Assembly: GCA_016432345.1 (NCBI GenBank)
Contig: CP066685.1
Location: 368,236 to 432,235 of the forward strand
DNA length: 64,000 nucleotides
From: Candidatus Levyibacteriota bacterium
Lineage (GTDB): Bacteria; Patescibacteriota; Microgenomatia; Levybacterales; UBA12049
Direction of reading: 5' to 3'
Made by a program: the position numbers and the translations under genes. Below the pieces are notes generated by a model. The model was not told where the DNA came from. It ran no database searches and was given only the letters and a program-made list of their open reading frames with translations. Shown here in pieces: positions 1 through 8,804 of the stretch (positions are counted from its first letter, which is position 1; each line of letters begins with the position of its first letter).

Positions 1-153
1 AAGATTATCTTTCTATGGGTAGTTACGTATAGCATTTTACTGTCTATCGGTAATACCACAACTCGTTATTTTTTACCACTTTTACCATTTATTTATATTT
101 TAGCAGTTTCAGCAGTGGTTAAAATGATTAATTTGTATTTTGATACAGACTAG
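1..153 (+). CDS. 3' end of an upstream membrane-protein gene (partial; the start lies outside the window)
   Basis: Frame 1 is open from base 1 to TAG at 151-153. It translates to the hydrophobic tail KIIFLWVVTYSILLSIGNTTTRYFLPLLPFIYILAVSAVVKMINLYFDTD, which resembles the terminal helices of the GT-C-type proteins that follow. Confidence 0.4.
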   Translation, partial: KIIFLWVVTYSILLSIGNTTTRYFLPLLPFIYILAVSAVVKMINLYFDTD

Positions 154-166
154 ATAAAAATAAAAG

Positions 167-2407
167 ATGAAACAATTTGTTAATAAATTCTGGCCATTTT
201 TTTTTCTATTTTCTGTTTGGTTTGTTTTTGCAAATCCGTATTTTATAAAGGGAAAAGTACTGTATGCTTCAGATTACCAGGTTAATTTTTTTCCTCCTTG
301 GAGCCATTATCAAAAATTCGCTGGGCCGGTTAAAAATAACGCCATGCCAGATGTACATGGACAGATATACCCCTGGAAAAAATTTACCATAGATACCTTT
401 AAGCAACGTCAAATTCCTTTTTGGAACCCGTATAATTTTTCAGGTAATCCTCATTTAGCAAATTATCAATCCGCAGTTCTTTCCCCATTTAACATTTTAT
501 TTTTTATTTTCCCTTTTATTGATGCATGGAGTATTAGCATTTTACTGCAGCCACTTTTAGCAGGACTCTTTATGTATTTTTTTGTCCGACAGCTTATGGT
601 AAGTAAAGTTGGATCGTTAGTAAGCGCTGTTAGTTTTATGTTTTGTGGATTTATTGTTGTATGGATGGCATATGGGACACTTGCGTACGCAATTTTGTAT
701 TTGCCGCTTGCTTTATATGCTATAGAAAAATATTTGCAAACAAAAAAACTGCTTTTTCTTTTTCTTCTTGCAACAACAATACCGTTGTCGTTTTTCTCCG
801 GTCATTTTCAAATAAGCCTATATTTCTTTTTGTCAATTGTTCTTTATATCTTTTTCAAAGGAGTTATCGTGAGAAAACTATACGCTATACGCTATACGCT
901 ATACGCTGTTTTTGTTGGTTTGGTTCTTTCGCTTCCTCAACTTTTACCAGCGCTTGAACTTTACAAGCAAGCAATTCGTAGCGAGCTTTTTTTGCTTAGC
1001 GAAGTTATTCCATTTCAGTACCTAATAACAGGTATAGCTCCAGACTTTTTTGGTAATCCGGTAACTCGTAATGATTGGTTTGGGCATTATGCGGAGTGGG
1101 CATCGTTTATAGGGATATGGCCATTTTTATTTGCAATTTATACTGTGGTAAGAGTAGAAAATAAAAAGAAGTTTTTCTTTGTATTTCTTGGTTTATCAGC
1201 ATTGATCTTTGCAGTGAATAGTGCGCTTTCTCCTGTTATTATTTCCCTTAAAATTCCAGTTTTATCAACAAGTGCTTTTTCTCGAATTATTGTTCTTTTT
1301 AGCTTCTCTTTTGCAGTCCTTTCAGGATTTGGATTTGATGCTCTTTTAAAAGATATAGAAAAAAAAGAAAGGAAAAAAATTATCTCACTTTTGTCAGTAA
1401 CAGCGGTTTTTATGATTATTGTGTGGGTAATAATACTTTTTAGTAAATTATATCCATATGAATGGTTGATTGTAGCTAAAAGGAATTTTATTCTTCCTAC
1501 GATGTTATTTATCGGAGGGTCATTTTTACTTTTTGTATCGATATTCATCAGATCTAAAGTATTTTTACTACTTACTGTTTGTTATTTACTATTTGCTGCT
1601 TCGTTTGATAGTTTACGTTTTGCCCAAAAATGGATGCCATTTGGAAACCGTGAATTTGTTTTTCCCGACGTTCCAATTATTGAAGGAATTAGAAAAAATA
1701 TTGGCTATGGGAGAATCTATGGCAATATCGGCGCAGAGCTTACTACCTATTATGGTTTTCCCTCAATTGAAGGATACGACCCATTATATATTGGAAGATA
1801 CGGTGAATTTATTCGGAGTGCAGACACAGGGGAGTTTCAAAAAGGGGAGCGGTCTGTAGTAAAACTTTCCAGAGGCGGAAAATATACTAATAGAGTGCTT
1901 GATGTTTTAGGGGTTTCGCTTATTTTTAATCCAATCCCGGATACAAACCAAGATTGGGCGTATCCTGTGTGGAAAGATCAAGCGCGAAATATTATTATCT
2001 ATAAAGATGATAAATTTGAGCTTTATAAAAATACCCAAAGTATGTCTCGAGTAAGCCTTTTTTATAATGTTGAAGTGATTAAAAACGATAGAGAAATTAT
2101 AAAAAGATTTTATAGCGATAATTTTGATTTTAAACAAACCTTGCTTCTTGAAGAAAATATAGGGCAGTTTAAGCAAGGCTCAGGTAGCGCGCGCATTTTG
2201 TTTTATACGCCAAATAAAATAGATATAGAAACAACATCAAGTGCTCCTGCAATTCTTTTCTTGTCTGACAATTTCTACCCAGGATGGATAGCGAAAGTGA
2301 ATAAGAAAGAAACAAAAATTTTTAGAGCTGATTATACATTTCGAGCAGTTGTTGTCCCATCTGGAAGATCAACTGTAGAATTTATATATGAAAATTGGAA
2401 TTTTTGA
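167..2407 (+). CDS. YfhO-family polytopic membrane glycosyltransferase (GT-C type), paralog A1
   Basis: 746-aa ORF with a multi-helix hydrophobic body. Motifs FWNPYNFSGNPHLANYQSAVLSPFNILFF, IAPDFFGNP, IEGYDPLY and the C-terminal FLSDNFYPGWIAKVNKKETKIFRADYTFRAVVVP match what I recognise as the YfhO family. Paralogs at 3458 and 18246. Confidence 0.75.
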   Translation: MKQFVNKFWPFFFLFSVWFVFANPYFIKGKVLYASDYQVNFFPPWSHYQKFAGPVKNNAMPDVHGQIYPWKKFTIDTFKQRQIPFWNPYNFSGNPHLANYQSAVLSPFNILFFIFPFIDAWSISILLQPLLAGLFMYFFVRQLMVSKVGSLVSAVSFMFCGFIVVWMAYGTLAYAILYLPLALYAIEKYLQTKKLLFLFLLATTIPLSFFSGHFQISLYFFLSIVLYIFFKGVIVRKLYAIRYTLYAVFVGLVLSLPQLLPALELYKQAIRSELFLLSEVIPFQYLITGIAPDFFGNPVTRNDWFGHYAEWASFIGIWPFLFAIYTVVRVENKKKFFFVFLGLSALIFAVNSALSPVIISLKIPVLSTSAFSRIIVLFSFSFAVLSGFGFDALLKDIEKKERKKIISLLSVTAVFMIIVWVIILFSKLYPYEWLIVAKRNFILPTMLFIGGSFLLFVSIFIRSKVFLLLTVCYLLFAASFDSLRFAQKWMPFGNREFVFPDVPIIEGIRKNIGYGRIYGNIGAELTTYYGFPSIEGYDPLYIGRYGEFIRSADTGEFQKGERSVVKLSRGGKYTNRVLDVLGVSLIFNPIPDTNQDWAYPVWKDQARNIIIYKDDKFELYKNTQSMSRVSLFYNVEVIKNDREIIKRFYSDNFDFKQTLLLEENIGQFKQGSGSARILFYTPNKIDIETTSSAPAILFLSDNFYPGWIAKVNKKETKIFRADYTFRAVVVPSGRSTVEFIYENWNF
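878..907 (+). repeat. Perfect heptanucleotide tandem repeat (CTATACG)x4 + CT inside the YfhO-type CDS
   Basis: Read directly: ctatacg ctatacg ctatacg ctatacg ct. It encodes LYAIRYTLYA. The unit length is not divisible by 3. Confidence 0.95.
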
Positions 2408-3458
2408 TCCATATTTAGATACATTGGGCGGCGGAGAAAAGTATATGCTTGTTCTTGCGCAAGTATTATCGGAAAAACACGATGTGTGTATTTTTTGGGA
2501 TAAAAAAAAAGAAGACGAAATAAAAGCCGGAGCAATGCAGCGCTTTGGATTAAATCTAAATACAATTAATTTCCTAGATAATATTTTTTCAATTAAAACC
2601 CCGTTTCTTAAAAGGCTTTGGGAATTACAAAAATATGACGTTATTGTGTATCTAAGTGATGGAAGTATTCCATTCTCACTTAAAAAAAATTTAATTATCC
2701 ATTTTCAGTTTCCTGTTGAGCGGGTAAAGCCATCTTTGTTAGGTAGAGTAAAATTTTTAAGTGTAAAGCAAGTTATTTGTAATTCTAAATTTACAAAGTC
2801 ATATATTGATAAAAAATTTTATATAGATAGTAAGATTTTATATCCTCCGGTCGATATTATGAAAAATACCACATACAAAAAAGAAAATATTATTCTGCAT
2901 GTTGGGAGGTTTAGTTTAGATACTAAAGGCAACAACTTTAAAAAACAGGATTTTATGATTGATGTGTTTAAGAAAATTGCAACAAAAATAACAGATTGGC
3001 GATTTATTCTTATTATTAGCGTTAAGAAGGAAGACAAAGAAAAAATAAAAAGTTTAAGAGAGCGGGCAAAGGGTTTTCCGATCGAAATTATCGAGAATCC
3101 ATCAAACGAAAAACTTTGGCAGATGTATCAAAAAGCAAAAATTTATTGGCATGCTTCTGGTTTTGGAGAAAACTTAGAAAAAAATCCAGAGAAAGCAGAA
3201 CATTTTGGCATAGCAACTGCCGAGGCAATGGGCGCTGGCGCGGTGCCGGTTGTTATAAATGCCGGAGGCCAGCCAGAAATAGTAATGAATGGGAAGAATG
3301 GATTTCTCTGGGATACAGAAGAAGAATTTATTACCAGAACAAAACAGATTATTTCAAATAATACCCTTTGGCAAGAATTTTCTAAAGAGGGACAACAGGC
3401 GGTTATAAAATTTAATAAAGAACGGTTTTGTGAAGAAATAAAAGGAATTGTCGAATAA
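2388..3458 (+). CDS. Glycosyltransferase family 4 (GT-B fold)
   Basis: 356 aa. The N-terminus is MKIGIFDPYLDTLGGGEKY and the C-terminal signature is EHFGIATAEAMGAGAVPVV (E-x7-E). It overlaps the upstream gene end by 20 nt. Confidence 0.85.
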   Translation: MKIGIFDPYLDTLGGGEKYMLVLAQVLSEKHDVCIFWDKKKEDEIKAGAMQRFGLNLNTINFLDNIFSIKTPFLKRLWELQKYDVIVYLSDGSIPFSLKKNLIIHFQFPVERVKPSLLGRVKFLSVKQVICNSKFTKSYIDKKFYIDSKILYPPVDIMKNTTYKKENIILHVGRFSLDTKGNNFKKQDFMIDVFKKIATKITDWRFILIISVKKEDKEKIKSLRERAKGFPIEIIENPSNEKLWQMYQKAKIYWHASGFGENLEKNPEKAEHFGIATAEAMGAGAVPVVINAGGQPEIVMNGKNGFLWDTEEEFITRTKQIISNNTLWQEFSKEGQQAVIKFNKERFCEEIKGIVE

Positions 3459-5683
3459 TGAAAGTAAAGAAGTTCATGCCAATTATTTTTTTAACAGTGT
3501 TTGTTGTGATTTTTTTTAAGGCTTTTTTTCTGCAAAATAAATTACCAATTCCTGCAGATACTATTATTGGACTCTACCATCCTTTCCGCGACCTTTATGC
3601 TAAGCAGTATCCTCGCGGCATTCCTTTTAAAAATTTTTTAATTACCGATCCAGTTAGGCAGCAATATCCCTGGCGGCAGCTTGCCATATCTTTAGAAAAA
3701 AAAATTCAGCTTCCGCTCTGGAATCCTTATAATGCAGCAGGAGCGCCGCTTTTGGCAAATTTCCAAACTGCGGCGTGGTATCCATTTAATATCTTATTTT
3801 TTATTTTCCCATTTTCTTTTGCTTGGTCGGTTCTTGTTGTATTACAGCCGTTGCTTGGGGGAGTATTTTTGTATTTTTACCTTCGGCAGTTATTTATTAA
3901 TAAATGGGGTAGTATACTTGGGGCAATTGCGTTTTCTTTTTCGGGTTTTAGTATTGCATGGCTTGAGTGGAATACGATAGGACATGCAATGTTATGGTTG
4001 CCTTTATTACTTTTATCTATAGATAAAATAGTATTGCGTAATAAACCGCTTATTTGGTCTGTGGTTTTTCTTTTTTCACTTTGCTCATCTTTTTTTGCTG
4101 GACATCTGCAGACATTTTTTTACCTTTTTTTGATTACGCTTACGTATTTTATTGTTCGTTGGATACAAAACAGGAGAGATAAAAAAATAATTTCTTTATT
4201 CATTATTCTTTATTCATTATTCTTTATTGTCACAGCAATACAATGGATTCCCACTCTGCAATTTGTTGGGGAGAGCGCGCGTAGCATTGACCAAGCAGAT
4301 TGGCAAAAAGAAGGATGGTTTATCCCATGGCAACATCTTTTACAATTTGTGGCTCCAGATTTTTTTGGAAATCCTACGACGCTAAATTACTGGGGGGTGT
4401 GGAATTACGCGGAGTTTATTGGCTACGTTGGAATTTTTCCTCTAATTATGGCCTTGTATGCCCTTTTTTTTCGCCGCGACAAAAAAACACTTTTTTTTGG
4501 TACATTTCTTTTTTTATCTTTAATCTTTTCATTGCCAACCTTTTTTGCCAAAATTCCATATTTATTTAATATCCCCTTTTTGTCAACCGCCCAGCCAACC
4601 AGATTGTTATTTATTACAGATTTTTCTTTAGCAGTACTTTGCGCATTAGGATTTGATTACTTTCTTCGTCATAAAAAAGGAATATTGTCTGCAATAAGTT
4701 TTATTGGCATTGTTTTTGTCGGAGCTTGGCTTTTTGCTTCAACTCAAAGTCTTGCCGTGGCAAAGCAAAACCTATTTTTGCCGTCATTTATCTTTGTTAG
4801 CGCGTCATCTTTACTTATTTTTCTTTGGAAATTATCAAAAATAAATCAACGCATCATTATAATGATATATATCATTATAGTTGGTATAACAGTTTTTGAT
4901 TTACTAAGATTCGGTCAAAAGTTTACTCCTATTACTAATAAAGAATATCTCTTTTCACAATCATCAGCTATTTCTTTTTTACAGCAACAGAAAGGATATT
5001 TTAGGATTATGACAACAGATGATCGTATATTGCCACCAAATTTCTCCACTATTTATAGATTACAAAGCATAGATGGATATGATCCTTTGTATCTACTGCG
5101 TTATGGAGAACTTATTGCCGCATCAGAACGAGGAAAACCCGATATTTCTCCACCTTTTGGTTTCAATCGAATCATTACGCCACACGTTTACAACTCAAAA
5201 ATTATTGATCTTCTTGGAGTAAAATATATTTTGAGTCTTTCAGATATTAAATCGCCAAAACTCGTAAAAGTTTTTCAGGAGGGGCAAACCAGAATATACG
5301 AGAATACCAGCGCATTACCCCGAACGTTTTTTGTGTCTAAGATTCATCAGGGATTTGTAAAGGAAGATCTAATAAAGTTTTTATTTAATGACAGTGTTAA
5401 TTTTCGTGATGAAGCTATTTTAGAGGGAGAAGGTGGATTTCCGATGAGTAAAGAGGTAGAAAAAAATAAAGCAGAAATAATACAATATACAGAAAATAGT
5501 ATTAGTATTAAAACCGAAAATTTTGGACAGTCCTTTCTTGTTTTGACAGATATGTATTATCCTGCTTGGCACGCATATATTGATGGTAAAGAAACAAAAA
5601 TATATAGAACAAATTATACTTTTAGAGGAGTATTTGTACCAAATGGTAAGCACATTATAGAGTTTAATATTGGTTTATTATGA
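3458..5683 (+). CDS. YfhO-family polytopic membrane glycosyltransferase, paralog A2
   Basis: 741 aa. Motifs LWNPYNAAGAPLLANFQTAAWYPFNILFF, VAPDFFGNP, IDGYDPLY and the C-terminal LTDMYYPAWHAYIDGKETKIYRTNYTFRGVFVP. TAATG stop/start overlap with the upstream GT4. Confidence 0.75.
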   Translation: MKVKKFMPIIFLTVFVVIFFKAFFLQNKLPIPADTIIGLYHPFRDLYAKQYPRGIPFKNFLITDPVRQQYPWRQLAISLEKKIQLPLWNPYNAAGAPLLANFQTAAWYPFNILFFIFPFSFAWSVLVVLQPLLGGVFLYFYLRQLFINKWGSILGAIAFSFSGFSIAWLEWNTIGHAMLWLPLLLLSIDKIVLRNKPLIWSVVFLFSLCSSFFAGHLQTFFYLFLITLTYFIVRWIQNRRDKKIISLFIILYSLFFIVTAIQWIPTLQFVGESARSIDQADWQKEGWFIPWQHLLQFVAPDFFGNPTTLNYWGVWNYAEFIGYVGIFPLIMALYALFFRRDKKTLFFGTFLFLSLIFSLPTFFAKIPYLFNIPFLSTAQPTRLLFITDFSLAVLCALGFDYFLRHKKGILSAISFIGIVFVGAWLFASTQSLAVAKQNLFLPSFIFVSASSLLIFLWKLSKINQRIIIMIYIIIVGITVFDLLRFGQKFTPITNKEYLFSQSSAISFLQQQKGYFRIMTTDDRILPPNFSTIYRLQSIDGYDPLYLLRYGELIAASERGKPDISPPFGFNRIITPHVYNSKIIDLLGVKYILSLSDIKSPKLVKVFQEGQTRIYENTSALPRTFFVSKIHQGFVKEDLIKFLFNDSVNFRDEAILEGEGGFPMSKEVEKNKAEIIQYTENSISIKTENFGQSFLVLTDMYYPAWHAYIDGKETKIYRTNYTFRGVFVPNGKHIIEFNIGLL
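4192..4228 (+). repeat. 14-nt tandem repeat (TTCTTTATTCATTA) x2.6 inside YfhO-type paralog A2
   Basis: Read directly: ttctttattcatta ttctttattcatta ttctttatt. It encodes SLFIILYSLFFI. The unit is 2x7 nt and is not divisible by 3. It lies at the position homologous to the CTATACG tract of paralog A1. Confidence 0.9.
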
Positions 5684-6579
5684 AAGTAAGTATTATTATT
5701 CCAAATTATAACGGCGCAGAATTGTTGAAAAAAAATTTACCGAAGGTAATGACAGCTTCTGGCAATGCAGAGATTATCGTTGTTGATGATTGTTCCACCG
5801 ATAACTCTATAGAGATACTTGAGGATTTTCCTGTAAGTGTTATTCGTAATGAAAAGAATCTTGGATTTTCGCCAACGGTAAATAAAGGGGTTAAGGAAGC
5901 AAGCGGGGAAATTGTTGTACTACTCAATACCGATGTTTCTCCAGAAAAAGATTTTTTAATTCCATTACTCGATCATTTTAAGGATGAAAAAGTTTTTGCT
6001 GTTGGGTGTATGGATAAAAGTATAGAGGGTTCGAAAACAGTTTTACGGGGAAGGGGCTTAGGAAAATGGGAAAGAGGATTTCTGGTTCATAGGCGTGGAG
6101 ATGTAGATAAAACAAATACCCTTTGGGTAAATGGAGGAAGCGGAGCATTTAGAAAATCTATTTGGGAAAAACTAGGTGGGTTTAACGAACTTTACAGCCC
6201 ATTCTATTGGGAAGACATAGATATTTCTTATCGAGCATTAAAGTCTGGTTACGGCATTTTTTTTGAACAGAAAAGTATTGTTATCCACGAACATGAAAAA
6301 GGAGCAATAAAAAATAAATATTCACAGTTTAATATAAAAACGATTGCTTACAGAAATCAATTTATTTTTGTTTGGTTAAACATTACTGATTTTTCCCTGG
6401 TTCTATCACATATTTTTTGGCTCTCTTATCATTTTATAAACGCAATTAGAAGAAAAGACTCCGCCTTTTTTTTGGGCTTTATGAAAGCATTGTTGCTTTT
6501 TGTTAAGATATTAGAATCAAGAAGAAAGATAAAAGGCTTGTTTAAAAGAAAGGACAAAGAAATTTTTATTTTGTCGTAG
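5680..6579 (+). CDS. Glycosyltransferase family 2 (GT-A fold) with a hydrophobic C-terminal tail
   Basis: 299 aa. Motifs VSIIIPNYNG, VVDDCSTDNS, LLNTDV and WEDIDISYR. ATGA start/stop overlap with the upstream YfhO-type gene. Confidence 0.8.
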   Translation: MKVSIIIPNYNGAELLKKNLPKVMTASGNAEIIVVDDCSTDNSIEILEDFPVSVIRNEKNLGFSPTVNKGVKEASGEIVVLLNTDVSPEKDFLIPLLDHFKDEKVFAVGCMDKSIEGSKTVLRGRGLGKWERGFLVHRRGDVDKTNTLWVNGGSGAFRKSIWEKLGGFNELYSPFYWEDIDISYRALKSGYGIFFEQKSIVIHEHEKGAIKNKYSQFNIKTIAYRNQFIFVWLNITDFSLVLSHIFWLSYHFINAIRRKDSAFFLGFMKALLLFVKILESRRKIKGLFKRKDKEIFILS

Positions 6580-6581
6580 TC

Positions 6582-7292
6582 ATGAAGTTATCAATTATAA
6601 TTCCTGTTTTTAACGAAGAAAAAACAATAACGCAGGTGTTGGAGAAAGTTGTTTTATTAAAACTTCCTGGTGTAGAAAAAGAGATTATTGTTGTTGATGA
6701 CGGATCTACAGATAGTTCAAAGTTTAAAATTCAAAATTTAAAGTTTATGGAAATAAAGTTTTTTTCTCACGAAAAAAATCAGGGGAAAGGCGCGGCGGTG
6801 AAGACAGGAATAAAAAATGCCACAGGAGATTACATTATAATTCAAGATGCAGATTTAGAATACAATCCTAAAGATATACAAAAGCTAATGGAACCAATTT
6901 TAAATGGAAAAGCAAAAGTTGTTTATGGAACAAGGTTAAAACGATTGCCAAATTTTTCAAAAGATGAAAAAAAATTAAGATTTTTTGTTCATTATCTTGG
7001 CAATAAATTTTTAAGTTTATTGACAAGTATACTGTATAGGCAGTGGATTACAGACATGGAGACAGGTTATAAACTTATACCAAGGGGTGTCTTACAAAAA
7101 ATCACACTTCATGCTAGAAGTTTTGATTTTGAGCCAGAAATTACCGCCAAAATTCTAAAAAACCATATAAAAATTCTTGAAATTCCAATTTCTACAAATC
7201 CAAGAGGATATGACCAAGGTAAAAAACTTAATACGGTAAAGGATGGTATTTTTGCTTTTATGACTCTGCTTAAATATAGGTTTTTTGAATAA
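6582..7292 (+). CDS. GT2, polyprenyl-phosphate sugar synthase-like (DPM1/GtrB/CsbB/ArnC type)
   Basis: 236 aa. Motifs LSIIIPVFNEEKTI, VVDDGSTDSS, GKGAAVKTGIKNATGDYIIIQDADLEYNP. The small size and motif set are typical of Pren-P-hexose synthases. It sits directly upstream of a GT-C gene. Confidence 0.7.
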   Translation: MKLSIIIPVFNEEKTITQVLEKVVLLKLPGVEKEIIVVDDGSTDSSKFKIQNLKFMEIKFFSHEKNQGKGAAVKTGIKNATGDYIIIQDADLEYNPKDIQKLMEPILNGKAKVVYGTRLKRLPNFSKDEKKLRFFVHYLGNKFLSLLTSILYRQWITDMETGYKLIPRGVLQKITLHARSFDFEPEITAKILKNHIKILEIPISTNPRGYDQGKKLNTVKDGIFAFMTLLKYRFFE

Positions 7293-8800
7293 TGATAGAA
7301 AAGATAAAACCCCTTTTTTCTTATTGGTTTACCATAGCCGTATGTATTATTATTGCAATTTCAACATTGCTGCGTTTTTATAATTTCGAGAATAGATGGG
7401 GATTTGCAAATGATCAAGCGCGAGACGTTATTGTAGCGAGAGAAGCGCTTGCGTTGCACAAACTTCCTCTTATCGGTCCTTTTTCATCTGCTGGTCAGTT
7501 TGTGTATGGTCCACAATGGTTATGGATTCTTATGCTTTTTATTATAGTTAATCCAAAATGGATTTTATGGCCATGGATTGTGCAAGCGTTTTTATATGTT
7601 TTATCTGTTGGTGCGATAATAGCTATCGGAAAGAAAATTGAAGGGAGGATATTTGCTGTTATTGTAGGTCTGCTCGCAGCAGTTTCACCAGCACAAATAT
7701 CTCATGCCACCAATCTTACTTCTCCTTCTATGGTTGGTTTTCTTTCAATGATTATTGTATTACTTTTTATTTACACTATTAGCGATAGGAAAAAATGGCA
7801 CAGTTTTGTTTTGGGTTTTTTTATTACATCAGCTGTTATGGTTCATTTTCAGGCTATTGGTCTGTTAGTTCTGTTGCCGTTAAGTCTTTTATTTGGAGAA
7901 AAAACAAAAAGTCGTATCTTTTTACTTTTATTGGGGGCGTTTTTGCCGCTTATGCCGCTTATGTATTTTGATGTAACAAATAATTTTTTTGAAACGAGAG
8001 GTATTCTTGATTATTATTTCCACGGACAATACAATATATACGTTCCAAATAGATGGTTAACATATATTGGTGTTTTTTGGCCGGGTGCTTGGGCACGAAT
8101 TGTTGGTGGGGAAAAACTATTTTCAGTTTTAATCATGTTATTTTTTCTTTGCAGTATTATTTTCCAATTAAAAAGGCATGCCAGATTTAAGAAAGAATGG
8201 ATTGCGCTGTTTGTGGGATTTTTTCTTATGTTTGTAATGTTTCGATATTATCGAGGTATACGTTATGATGGATATATTGTTTTTTTACATCCTTTTATCT
8301 TATTGTTTACGGGGTGGACAGTTGTGCAAATTATAAAAACAAAATTTTATTTAGGTGTGGTTTTTTTGTGTCTTTTAATCTTTGGAGGATTAAAGATGTC
8401 TTTACATGATATAAATACAGCGACAAATACAATGTATGGTTTAACAAATCGTTGGATTAGATTATTCGATAACACTTACCCTCAAAATAAATATACAATG
8501 TTTGATTATAAATATACTGCAATTGGATTTACTATGCCGCTTGTTTTGGTTTTGGATTATAAAAATAAAATTGACAGCGATGGATACGGAGTAGGACTTT
8601 CATATTTTGAAGAATTGCCACCAATTAATAAAAATATAAAACTACAATATAGTGAGATAATCGGAAATAGAAAAGTACTCTCATTTTTTGACGTAAATAA
8701 TGCCTCAAAACAATTCCTTGCCAATAATTCCTGGGCGCTTGTAACACCTGAAACTGTTTATATGACCACTGTTGAATGGTACAAAGAAAAGAAATTATGA
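7292..8800 (+). CDS. ArnT/PMT-like GT-C membrane protein, family C paralog C1
   Basis: 502 aa and polytopic. The first-loop acidic motif RWGFANDQARDVIVAREALALHKLPLIGPFSSAGQFVYGPQWLW is shared with ORFs at 27657, 30526 and 34425. TAATG overlap with the upstream GT2. Confidence 0.55.
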   Translation: MIEKIKPLFSYWFTIAVCIIIAISTLLRFYNFENRWGFANDQARDVIVAREALALHKLPLIGPFSSAGQFVYGPQWLWILMLFIIVNPKWILWPWIVQAFLYVLSVGAIIAIGKKIEGRIFAVIVGLLAAVSPAQISHATNLTSPSMVGFLSMIIVLLFIYTISDRKKWHSFVLGFFITSAVMVHFQAIGLLVLLPLSLLFGEKTKSRIFLLLLGAFLPLMPLMYFDVTNNFFETRGILDYYFHGQYNIYVPNRWLTYIGVFWPGAWARIVGGEKLFSVLIMLFFLCSIIFQLKRHARFKKEWIALFVGFFLMFVMFRYYRGIRYDGYIVFLHPFILLFTGWTVVQIIKTKFYLGVVFLCLLIFGGLKMSLHDINTATNTMYGLTNRWIRLFDNTYPQNKYTMFDYKYTAIGFTMPLVLVLDYKNKIDSDGYGVGLSYFEELPPINKNIKLQYSEIIGNRKVLSFFDVNNASKQFLANNSWALVTPETVYMTTVEWYKEKKL

Positions 8801-8804
8801 TGGT

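Noticed and set aside
643-957. Short alt-frame or antisense ORFs from the six-frame track nested inside larger genes. Examples: 643..957, 1138..1548, 1533..1859, 3116..3361, 3732..3980, 9387..9614, 15069..15383, 27784..28215, 30135..30401 and 33099..33395.
   Set aside because: Each lies wholly within a longer ORF that has clear family motifs. Their translations are low-complexity products of AT-rich or T-rich sequence, with no recognisable domain or start context. The ORF at 643..957 is useful only as the frame entered after a +1-unit repeat change.
2502-2510. Homopolymer tracts in coding sequence: A9 at 2502-2510, T9 at 22511-22519, T9 at 40166-40174, A9 at 49392-49400 and several A8/T8 runs. 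I considered them as possible phase-variation sites.
   Set aside because: In DNA this AT-rich, with many Lys (AAA) and Phe (TTT) codons, runs of 8-9 are expected and occur in all gene classes. I cannot separate them from background without genome-wide statistics.
7945-7962. A 9-nt tandem duplication, gccgcttat x2, encoding LPLMPLM.
   Set aside because: The unit is a multiple of 3 and there are only two copies. It cannot frameshift and is probably a simple in-frame duplication.
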